A DNA stretch of 20,000 nt. Source: Bacteroidales bacterium. Lineage in GTDB: Bacteria; Bacteroidota; Bacteroidia; Bacteroidales; CAIWKO01. Each line of letters starts with the position of its first letter. Positions within the stretch are counted from its first letter, which is position 1. Below are positions 1 to 7,270 of the stretch, piece by piece. The DNA lies in contig DAOORA010000019.1 in assembly GCA_035389045.1 (NCBI GenBank), forward strand, positions 48,898 through 68,897, in the 5' to 3' direction. Made by a program: the position numbers and the translations under genes. The notes below the pieces were generated by a model. That model was not told the DNA's origin, made no database searches, and saw only the letters and a program-made list of their open reading frames with translations.

Positions 1-850
1 TGACCATAAAATTACCGGTATTAACGAAGTTCATATGGTCGAGGAAGGCGACATTACCTTTGTCGATTTTTATAAGTATTATGATAAGGCATTAAACTCA
101 AAAGCCTCTACCGTCATAATAAATAAAAAGGTAACACCACCGGATGGCAAAGCGCTAATAATTTCTGAGGATCCTTTCCGGGACTTCAACAAAATCGCCA
201 CCCGTTTCCGGAAGTTTGAACCCTGTGCGAATCCTATCAGCGATTCGGCGGAAATAGGGGAAGGCACAATTTTGCAGCCAGGCGTGTTTATCGGGAACCA
301 TGTTAAAATTGGTAAAAACTGCATTATTCATTCCAACGTCAGCATTTACGATTATTCCGTTATTGGCGACAATGTCATCATCCAGTCGAATGCGGTTATC
401 GGAGGAGATGCCTATTATTTCAAACGTCGCCCCGATCATTACGATAAAATGGAATCATGCGGAAGGACCATCATACATGACGACGTAGAGATAGGCGCTC
501 TGTGTGCTGTGGACAAGGGTGTATCCGGAGATACTATCGTTGGCCAGGGCACAAAGATCGACAACCATGTTCAGATCGGACATGATACACATATTGGTAA
601 AAATTGTCTCATTGGTGCACATTCAGCCATAGCAGGAGTTACTGTCATTGAAGATGATGTTTGTATATGGGCACAGGTTATGATAAATAAAGACATAACA
701 ATTGGTAAAGGAGCTGTGCTTCTTGCAACGTCCGCCGTAGACAAATCTATGGAAGGCGGTAAGGTTTATTTTGGATCCCCGGCCATTGAAGCACGAAAAA
801 AATGGCGTGAGATAATAGCTTTGAAAAAATTAGCTGAAAATTATAAGTGA
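1..850 (+). CDS. lpxD: UDP-3-O-acyl-glucosamine N-acyltransferase family protein (LpxD-like, hexapeptide repeats), 5'-truncated by the window edge
   Basis: The frame is open from position 2 (DHKITGINEVH) into the ATG at 35, so the true start lies upstream of the window. It has an LpxD-type N-terminal segment (GINEVHMVEEGDITFVD), many [LIV]G-x4 hexapeptide repeats, and the KIDNHVQIGHD motif typical of LpxD. It may be a second LpxD paralogue. Confidence 0.85.
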   Translation, partial: DHKITGINEVHMVEEGDITFVDFYKYYDKALNSKASTVIINKKVTPPDGKALIISEDPFRDFNKIATRFRKFEPCANPISDSAEIGEGTILQPGVFIGNHVKIGKNCIIHSNVSIYDYSVIGDNVIIQSNAVIGGDAYYFKRRPDHYDKMESCGRTIIHDDVEIGALCAVDKGVSGDTIVGQGTKIDNHVQIGHDTHIGKNCLIGAHSAIAGVTVIEDDVCIWAQVMINKDITIGKGAVLLATSAVDKSMEGGKVYFGSPAIEARKKWREIIALKKLAENYK

Positions 851-907
851 TTTTCAGCAAAAACTACCGTTTATTTTTCGTATTGTCGTTCAGAAACATT
901 GTAAAGC

Positions 908-1288
908 ATGGGGGATAAAACATTTGATAAATATTCCAATATCCGCATAAATTACAAATTGTGGATGTCTTCTCAAACCGGTGATGCTATCATTGACGAT
1001 GATAAATGGAAAATGCTCATTTCTATACAGGAACTTGGTTCACTGATGGCAGCTGCCAATAATGAAAAGATAAGTTACCGCAAAGCCTGGGGTGATATTC
1101 GTAAAATGGAAGCTATACTTGGGTTCCGGCTGGTCGAAAAACACCGCGGGGGCAAGTCTGGTGGTATTACCATACTTACAAATGAGGGCGTCAGGCTTAT
1201 TAACTCGTATGTGAGATTTCGCGCTGAATTTCAGCAAAATGTTGATGAAACCATAAAAAAATTTAAAAAAGAGCTGAAACAAGTTTAG
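908..1288 (+). CDS. ModE-family winged helix-turn-helix transcriptional regulator (DNA-binding domain only, no TOBE/Mop domain)
   Basis: The pattern GSLMAAA...ISYRKAW..I..ME..LG..LVEKHRGGKSGG.T.LT..G matches the ModE N-terminal wHTH. At 126 aa it ends in a helix, with no room for molybdate-binding domains. Confidence 0.85.
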   Translation: MGDKTFDKYSNIRINYKLWMSSQTGDAIIDDDKWKMLISIQELGSLMAAANNEKISYRKAWGDIRKMEAILGFRLVEKHRGGKSGGITILTNEGVRLINSYVRFRAEFQQNVDETIKKFKKELKQV

Positions 1289-1295
1289 TTTCCCA

Positions 1296-2033
1296 ATGAG
1301 GATTTTTGTGGCCATCGACGATACAGATAATTCCGAAAGCAAGGGTACGGGTTTCAGGGCCAGAGAACTGGCAGTCCTTATTCAAAAAAAAAATCTGGGA
1401 TTGCTTTATGGAGTAACACGCCACCAGCTTTTTGTACATGAGAAGATTCCATATACATCTCATAACAGTTCAGCATGTATAGTTTTGATTGCTGATGAAA
1501 AAAACCTTCGGAGCATTATTGATGTTTCAGCACAATATCTTATTGAAAATGCTGCCGATGGTTCTGATGCCGGATTATGTGTCTGTTCCGAAAAAAATAT
1601 CACGGCGGAACTGATCTCCTATGCAAAAAAAGCCAAAACAGAAGTCTTGACTATGGATACAGCCATAGAATTGGCTCAGAAACATCAGATTTTTCTGGAG
1701 GGTTTTACGGGAACCAGACAGGGCGTTATAGGATCATTAGCGGCGATCGGACTGCATGCGGAAGGCAACGACGGCCGTTTTCTGCAGGTAAGGGGTATGA
1801 GAGAACTTTTTGGTGTACACACGGTTAAATACATCCTTGAATACACCGGCGTGGAAAAAATCATGTCCACAGAAAACAAAATATTGTTTAATTTCGAAAA
1901 AATTTTTCTTACCGAATGGTGGCGGCCTGTGCTTAATAATAAACAGGCAGTACTATATGTTGAAACAAAAAATGCATGTAATTATGAATACAGGGTTATC
2001 TCAAAAGAGCATATCAAAAACATATCCGACTAA
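1296..2033 (+). CDS. Stand-alone TiaS N-terminal-domain-like (DDTD motif) protein, putative ATP-dependent enzyme of unknown substrate
   Basis: The N-terminus MRIFVAIDDTD...GT, the internal IPYTSHNSS and the GVIGSLAAIG segment parallel conserved motifs of archaeal TiaS. At 245 aa it lacks the C-terminal OB-fold and Zn-ribbon. Confidence 0.75.
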   Translation: MRIFVAIDDTDNSESKGTGFRARELAVLIQKKNLGLLYGVTRHQLFVHEKIPYTSHNSSACIVLIADEKNLRSIIDVSAQYLIENAADGSDAGLCVCSEKNITAELISYAKKAKTEVLTMDTAIELAQKHQIFLEGFTGTRQGVIGSLAAIGLHAEGNDGRFLQVRGMRELFGVHTVKYILEYTGVEKIMSTENKILFNFEKIFLTEWWRPVLNNKQAVLYVETKNACNYEYRVISKEHIKNISD

Positions 2034-2550
2034 GGCTTTATTAACCTTACTTGAGGTGTTGCTCCTGATAAGTATAGGAGCCATCGGGGTTCTGATTCAC
2101 GCTAAATTCCGTTTTCCACTGAGATTGCCCGGGCACTGGGGATTGGTTTACATGGCGTTGATTTTTTCCGGGCGTTTGTTTTCAAAAAAACCTTATGCAT
2201 CAAGCCTGTCAAGCCTGGGCGCTGTTGCTATGTTATTACTGCCCCTTGGATTTAAAGACCCTTTTATGCCTGTCCTGTATATCTTTCCGGGGTTTATTAC
2301 GGACGTTTTCTATAATATCTTTAAAAACGGAAAAAAACAGATAATTCTTATTGCCCTTATTTCCGGAGTGGCTTATATGTCTATACCTTTGTCGCGTTTA
2401 TTTTTAACTTTGTTTACAGGAGTCATATATGGATCTTTCAGTACCGGATATATTTATCCTTTCATTATGCATTTTTTGTTCGGTGCATGTGGCGGCCTGA
2501 CCGGTCTTGGGATATACTCCGTCATTAGGAAAATTCTTAAACGATTATAA
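1984..2550 (+). CDS. Integral membrane protein with about 6 TM helices, ECF transporter S-component-like
   Basis: There are six hydrophobic segments in about 188 aa, and an LPGHWG loop after TM1. The ORF track starts at 1810, but that extension overlaps the upstream gene by more than 200 nt. The in-frame ATG at 1984 (MNTGLSQ) is the more plausible start, though uncertain. Confidence 0.6.
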   Translation: MNTGLSQKSISKTYPTKALLTLLEVLLLISIGAIGVLIHAKFRFPLRLPGHWGLVYMALIFSGRLFSKKPYASSLSSLGAVAMLLLPLGFKDPFMPVLYIFPGFITDVFYNIFKNGKKQIILIALISGVAYMSIPLSRLFLTLFTGVIYGSFSTGYIYPFIMHFLFGACGGLTGLGIYSVIRKILKRL

Positions 2551-2553
2551 TTA

Positions 2554-3444
2554 ATGATAAACCAATCGTTTTTTTTCAAATTAGAGATACTCGTTTTCAT
2601 TGTTGTTTTTTTCTCTTCATGTACCAAAAAAGATACAGACCCGCCTGTTATTACATTTGATGCTTCTGGCGGGCTGGTTTTCAAAGACACGGTATTTCCG
2701 GCCGGAACAAACTTCAAGGTGAGCCTTATTGCCGAAATGGGAGGGTCAAACATTACCAATTTTGTCATCAAAAATTATCACGACGGACAGGTCACCGATT
2801 ATTTTGATACAGGCGTGAATAGCGAAACTATTAATATTACAAAGATACTGACCAAAAATGTTTTTGATACAGAAAAGTGGACTTTTATGGTCATCGATAA
2901 AAATGGTAAAAATGCGTCTGTTTCATTTAATGTATATCGGGATACAAGCGCTGGATATCAATTGGTGAAAGTTTTTCCGGGCGTGATTCTTGGTGCACAG
3001 AAAAACCCTGCAAAAGGAAGCTTTATGAGCCTGAAAAGTGGCAACACATGGTTTCAGCCTGATGCATTCAACATCCAGGATTCAATAGAATTGCTGTATT
3101 ATTTTGACTCAACCGGCGATGCCAATACTATTGCTTCTGCCGGTGCTAACATTGCCACGTTTATTTACCCTGGAAGTACAAGCCCTTTATACTGGTCAAT
3201 CCGGCATGAAACCCGCTTTTATAAGACTGCATATTCAAATGTTGATTTTAATAATGTACAAAACGACAGCCTGTTGCTTGTTGCTTATGATGAAATCAAT
3301 GGTAAGCGTAAGGCCAAAAATCTTGCCGCCGGCGATGTGTATTCATTTAAGACAGCTCATGCACGGTACGGTATGTTTTTAGTGGAACAGGTTCTTGGCG
3401 CCGACTCCGGAATGGTGCAATTCACCATAAAAATCCAGAAATGA
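2554..3444 (+). CDS. Lipoprotein of unknown function, probably surface-exposed partner of the TonB-dependent receptor
   Basis: The signal peptide ends in FFSS-C (Cys23), followed by TKKDTD (Lys then acidic residues, resembling the Bacteroidota lipoprotein export signal). The body looks beta-rich, and its stop overlaps the receptor start (ATGA). Confidence 0.75.
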   Translation: MINQSFFFKLEILVFIVVFFSSCTKKDTDPPVITFDASGGLVFKDTVFPAGTNFKVSLIAEMGGSNITNFVIKNYHDGQVTDYFDTGVNSETINITKILTKNVFDTEKWTFMVIDKNGKNASVSFNVYRDTSAGYQLVKVFPGVILGAQKNPAKGSFMSLKSGNTWFQPDAFNIQDSIELLYYFDSTGDANTIASAGANIATFIYPGSTSPLYWSIRHETRFYKTAYSNVDFNNVQNDSLLLVAYDEINGKRKAKNLAAGDVYSFKTAHARYGMFLVEQVLGADSGMVQFTIKIQK

Positions 3445-5738
3445 TGAAAAAAATTATTGTTTTTAGCATCATTGTGTTGTGGATTATTCAGGTATCTGCC
3501 CAGGGTAAAATAAGCGGTCTTGTAATGGATGAACAGACCGGAAATATACTCCCGGTTGCTACCGTAAAAATCCTTGAGTTAAATATGGTGACTACCTCAG
3601 ATAAAGAAGGCGCTTATGTATTTAAATATATCCAACCAGGGAAATATCATCTCGCCTTCACCTATGTGGGCTATAAAAACGATACCGTTCAGGTCACCAT
3701 GGGGAAAAAAAGTGACCGATATATTATTACAAAACTTACTAAGGCGGTTATCGATATCTCTGAGGTGACTGTCATTGCATCAAGAACCGAAAAAGGGTTC
3801 CGGGTTCCTGCAAGTATGGATGTGATCACCAAAAAACAGTTGCAGGAGTTGCCTGTTGTTTCTGTGGACGATGCATTAGTTTTAGTTTCCGGATTGAATG
3901 CTTCAAGAAATTATGGGATTTATAATAAAACAGGTGATGTAACCTTGCGCGGGCTTAACCGCAACATTTACAGCCTGATACTGCTCGATGGCGTGCCTTA
4001 CAGCCTTTTCGACGGCAGCGCCAACCTGTGGAATAAACTGTATACCGAAAAAATTGATGACATCCAAATCGTAAAAGGGGCAAATTCGGCCTTGTATGGT
4101 AGCAATGCCATGTCAGGTGTAATTTGCATAAATACATACAAACCCGAAAAATCATTTGAAGCCAGGGCTAAGGTTTTTTTCGGGACTTATAATACGCAGG
4201 GCGGGAATCTTGTTGTTGGTGGCAACAGATCCAAAAATGACAGAGGGTTTTACTGGAGTGTCAATGGTTTTTACAGGAAAAGCGGAGGCTATATTATGGC
4301 GCCTGATTCGCTCAGAACACCTTATGATGTGAAAACCTACGTGATGGAATACAACGCATTGGCAAAAACCGGTTATCAGTTTGGTAAAGGTCATAACATC
4401 GAAGTTGAATATGAGTACTCATCCGATAAACGCGGTACCGGTAGTAAATTTTTCGAAGAACAGGGAAGTTATAACCATTACAGAACTCACTTTACCAGAT
4501 TATCATACAATCGTGTGCATGACAACCACGAGATTCATGCCAATGTTTTTTTTAAAAAGGAAGGGTATATAAAACAAAATGAATCCATCAAGAAAAACAC
4601 CGGATTGTACACATTTTACAATACGGACACCGATACACATGACGAAGGGCTTTGGTTCAGTTATACCACCAGGACAATAAAAAATAATGTGCTTACTGTT
4701 GGAACAGATGTTAAAAGCGGTGCTGTTTATTCAAATGATATTTATCATACTTCTGTTGATACCATTGAAAATAATGGGAAAATGGATTTTTTCGGCGTTT
4801 TTATTCAGGACCAGTTATCCCTGCTGAAAGACAAATTTGTGATTTTGGCCGCACTGCGTGCCGATCTGGTACACTTCTACGGAGGGATTTTCCATATATA
4901 TTCACCAACGCTTGCTACATCTTTTTTGTATGATTACCAGGGAGATTTTAAAGCAAAATCGTGGTTTGCATTGAGTCCGAAAGCAGGGTTTAAATATATT
5001 TTTAACGAAAACTTTAATATCTATGCGTTGTATTCCTGGGGTTTCAGGCCGCCACAGATCAACGACCTTTCGCGAACCGGAGATGTAAACAAAGGTTTCA
5101 AACTTGCCAATCCCGGCCTGAAACCTGAACGTATTCAGAGTGTGGAACTGGGTGCAGGATTACGTCCCGCAAAATGGTTGCTGATTCAGCCCATAGTGTT
5201 TTATTCAAAAGGTATAGATTTTCAGTATTTTGTTGCAACTGGCGATTCGGTATATACTTCGGGGGTGAATATGAAACCTGTCATAAAAAGACAAAATGTC
5301 GGAAGAGTTAATATCGCAGGATTTGAACTTAAAACCAGTATCAGTTTTACAAAAAACATGAAACTAACAACTTGTTATTCCTATAATTATTCGGTTATCG
5401 GAAAATACCTGCCGGGCACGGTTGTTACAACCGATCTCACGGGCAGGGACCTGATCGAAGTTCCCAGAAACCTTTTCAGTGGCATTTATACCTGGAATAA
5501 CAGAATTATAACGGCAACTCTTACAGCTAAGTTCATTGATAAAGAATGGGTCGACGATGAAAATACTATCAGACTTGACTCGTATTGGACTTTCGATGCC
5601 AGGATACAGCGTATGTTTTATAACAAAATTAATTTTGCGCTGACCTGTCAGAATATTTTAAACAAACGCTTTGTGGACAGCAAGGGCTACCTTTCGCCAG
5701 GAAGATACTTTTTGTTTGAATTGTCTTTCAACTGGTAA
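3441..5738 (+). CDS. TonB-dependent outer-membrane receptor with N-terminal CarboxypepD_reg-like domain
   Basis: It has a signal peptide, an N-terminal ISGLVMDEQTG...FTYVGY extension, a TonB-box-like EVTVIASR and plug motifs (LRGL, LILLDGVP, IQIVKGANSALYGSNAMSGVI). It also has NPGLKPE and a C-terminal NILNKRF...PGRYF...SFNW aromatic-ended strand. Confidence 0.95.
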   Translation: MMKKIIVFSIIVLWIIQVSAQGKISGLVMDEQTGNILPVATVKILELNMVTTSDKEGAYVFKYIQPGKYHLAFTYVGYKNDTVQVTMGKKSDRYIITKLTKAVIDISEVTVIASRTEKGFRVPASMDVITKKQLQELPVVSVDDALVLVSGLNASRNYGIYNKTGDVTLRGLNRNIYSLILLDGVPYSLFDGSANLWNKLYTEKIDDIQIVKGANSALYGSNAMSGVICINTYKPEKSFEARAKVFFGTYNTQGGNLVVGGNRSKNDRGFYWSVNGFYRKSGGYIMAPDSLRTPYDVKTYVMEYNALAKTGYQFGKGHNIEVEYEYSSDKRGTGSKFFEEQGSYNHYRTHFTRLSYNRVHDNHEIHANVFFKKEGYIKQNESIKKNTGLYTFYNTDTDTHDEGLWFSYTTRTIKNNVLTVGTDVKSGAVYSNDIYHTSVDTIENNGKMDFFGVFIQDQLSLLKDKFVILAALRADLVHFYGGIFHIYSPTLATSFLYDYQGDFKAKSWFALSPKAGFKYIFNENFNIYALYSWGFRPPQINDLSRTGDVNKGFKLANPGLKPERIQSVELGAGLRPAKWLLIQPIVFYSKGIDFQYFVATGDSVYTSGVNMKPVIKRQNVGRVNIAGFELKTSISFTKNMKLTTCYSYNYSVIGKYLPGTVVTTDLTGRDLIEVPRNLFSGIYTWNNRIITATLTAKFIDKEWVDDENTIRLDSYWTFDARIQRMFYNKINFALTCQNILNKRFVDSKGYLSPGRYFLFELSFNW

Positions 5739-5833
5739 GGAGTACATTCCAATCAATCATTTTTCAAATTCTTATATTTATTTTTCCTTATATTAATTAA
5801 TGAGTTTTTATATGAAAATTGTCTATTTTTTAT

Positions 5834-5841
5834 TAATTTTG
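5834..5841 (+). promoter_or_regulatory. Putative Bacteroidota housekeeping-sigma -7 element (TAATTTTG) upstream of lpdA
   Basis: Exact match to TAnnTTTG, 25 nt before the lpdA ATG in an AT-rich intergenic region. Confidence 0.55.
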
Positions 5842-5866
5842 CACTACAAATAACAAGAAGTAGTAT

Positions 5867-7258
5867 ATGAATTTCGATATTATTATAATAGGTTCAGGAC
5901 CGGGTGGTTATGTGGCTGGCATAAGAGCGTCGCAATTAGGTTTTTCCGTTGCTATGGTTGAACAGGCCGAGGTAGGCGGTATATGTCTAAATTGGGGCTG
6001 CATTCCTACCAAAGCGCTTCTGAAATCTGCCCAGGTTTATAATTATGCAAAACATGCCGCTGAATATGGAATTACGCTTACAGGCGATGTTGCTTTTGAT
6101 TTTCAGACTATCGTCAGACGCAGCCGTGATGTTGCGGAAAATATGAGCAAGGGTGTTCAGTTTTTGTTCAGAAAAAATAAAATCGAAGTAATTAAAGGCC
6201 ATGGAAAGATTTTGCCGGGCGGAAAAGTGGAAGTTACCGGCGGTGAAGGCCAAATATCGGTTTATGAGGCAAGACATATTATTCTTGCTACAGGATCACG
6301 TGCACGGGAACTTCCCAATCTGAAAATCGACGGCAAAAAAATTATTGGATACCGCCAGGCAATGACCTTGGAAAAACAACCACAATCATTGGTGGTAATA
6401 GGTTCCGGGGCTATCGGTTCGGAGTTTGCACACTTTTATAATACACTTGGCACCAAAGTGACACTGGTAGAGATGTTGCCCAATGTAGTTCCTGTCGAAG
6501 ATGAGGATGTGTCAAAACAACTGGAACGTTCTTTCAAAAAAAGCGGAATGAAAGTTTATACTGCTTCTGTCGTTGAAAGTGTTGATACCAGTGGCGAAAT
6601 TTGTAAGGTTTCGATAAAAACCCCAAAAAATGTTGAGGTGGTCGAAGCGGAAGTTGTTCTTTCTGCTGTTGGCGTAAGCACCAACCTTGAAAATTTAGGA
6701 TTGGAAGAAACCGGCATACTGACCGAAAGAGGAAAAGTCCTGGTGGATGAGTACTACCGGACCAACCAGGAAGGGTATTATGCCATCGGCGATATTGTAA
6801 AGGGGCCTGCCCTGGCTCATGTGGCTTCGCGCGAAGGTATTGTCTGTGTTGAAAAAATTGCCGGGAAAGACGTGGCGCCTGTGGATTATAGTAATATTCC
6901 GGGCTGTACATATACACATCCGGAGGTTGCCTCAGTGGGATATACCGAAAAAGCAGCCATCGAAGCAGGGTTGACCATAAAAACCGGAAAGTTCCCTTTT
7001 ACTGCCAGTGGAAAAGCCAATTCTTCGGGGTTCAGGGACGGTTTTATCAAAGTGATTTTTGATGCTGATTCCGGCAAATGGCTCGGAGCTCATTTTATCG
7101 GCGAGAATGTTACCGAAATGATAGCCGAAGTAGTAGTGGCGCGTAATATAGGCGCTACGGCTCACGATATTCTCACGGCAGTGCATCCGCACCCCACCAT
7201 GTCCGAAGCCGTTATGGAAGCCGTGGCAGCGGCATACGGTGAGGTGATTCATATATAA
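5867..7258 (+). CDS. lpdA: Dihydrolipoyl dehydrogenase (E3)
   Basis: It has the FAD-binding GSGPGGY, the redox-active GGICLNWGCIPTK, the NAD-binding GSGAIG and the C-terminal HPHPTMSE. Confidence 0.97.
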   Translation: MNFDIIIIGSGPGGYVAGIRASQLGFSVAMVEQAEVGGICLNWGCIPTKALLKSAQVYNYAKHAAEYGITLTGDVAFDFQTIVRRSRDVAENMSKGVQFLFRKNKIEVIKGHGKILPGGKVEVTGGEGQISVYEARHIILATGSRARELPNLKIDGKKIIGYRQAMTLEKQPQSLVVIGSGAIGSEFAHFYNTLGTKVTLVEMLPNVVPVEDEDVSKQLERSFKKSGMKVYTASVVESVDTSGEICKVSIKTPKNVEVVEAEVVLSAVGVSTNLENLGLEETGILTERGKVLVDEYYRTNQEGYYAIGDIVKGPALAHVASREGIVCVEKIAGKDVAPVDYSNIPGCTYTHPEVASVGYTEKAAIEAGLTIKTGKFPFTASGKANSSGFRDGFIKVIFDADSGKWLGAHFIGENVTEMIAEVVVARNIGATAHDILTAVHPHPTMSEAVMEAVAAAYGEVIHI

Positions 7259-7270
7259 TGGTAAACTGAA

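Noticed and set aside
851..907. Cobalamin or Moco riboswitch upstream of the uptake module
   Set aside because: The gap is only 57 nt, AT-rich, and shows no recognisable riboswitch motifs or stems.
1384..1393. A10 tract in the TiaS-like gene, and T9 tracts at 14285 and 14449 in the wecA-like gene, as phase-variation sites
   Set aside because: All frames are intact, and A/T runs of 7-10 nt are frequent throughout this window from Lys and Phe codons. There is no evidence of slippage without read data.
1810..1983. N-terminal extension of the membrane-protein ORF given in the ORF track
   Set aside because: It lies wholly inside the TiaS-like gene in another frame and has an unnatural composition. 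The ATG at 1984 gives a typical S-component size.
1296..2033. Calling this gene tiaS (tRNA agmatidine synthetase)
   Set aside because: It is too short, lacks the OB-fold and Zn-ribbon tRNA-binding regions, and sits in a transport context, so only the N-terminal domain is shared.
5771..5813. CTTATATT direct repeat (5771, 5787) and TATAT words as a possible ModE box
   Set aside because: The spacing does not fit TATAT-N7-TAYAT, the site is downstream of the module, and such words are expected in very AT-rich DNA.
851..5866. Mobile element or genomic island boundaries around the five-gene module
   Set aside because: I saw no integrase, transposase, tRNA, flanking direct or inverted repeats, or evident compositional shift by eye.
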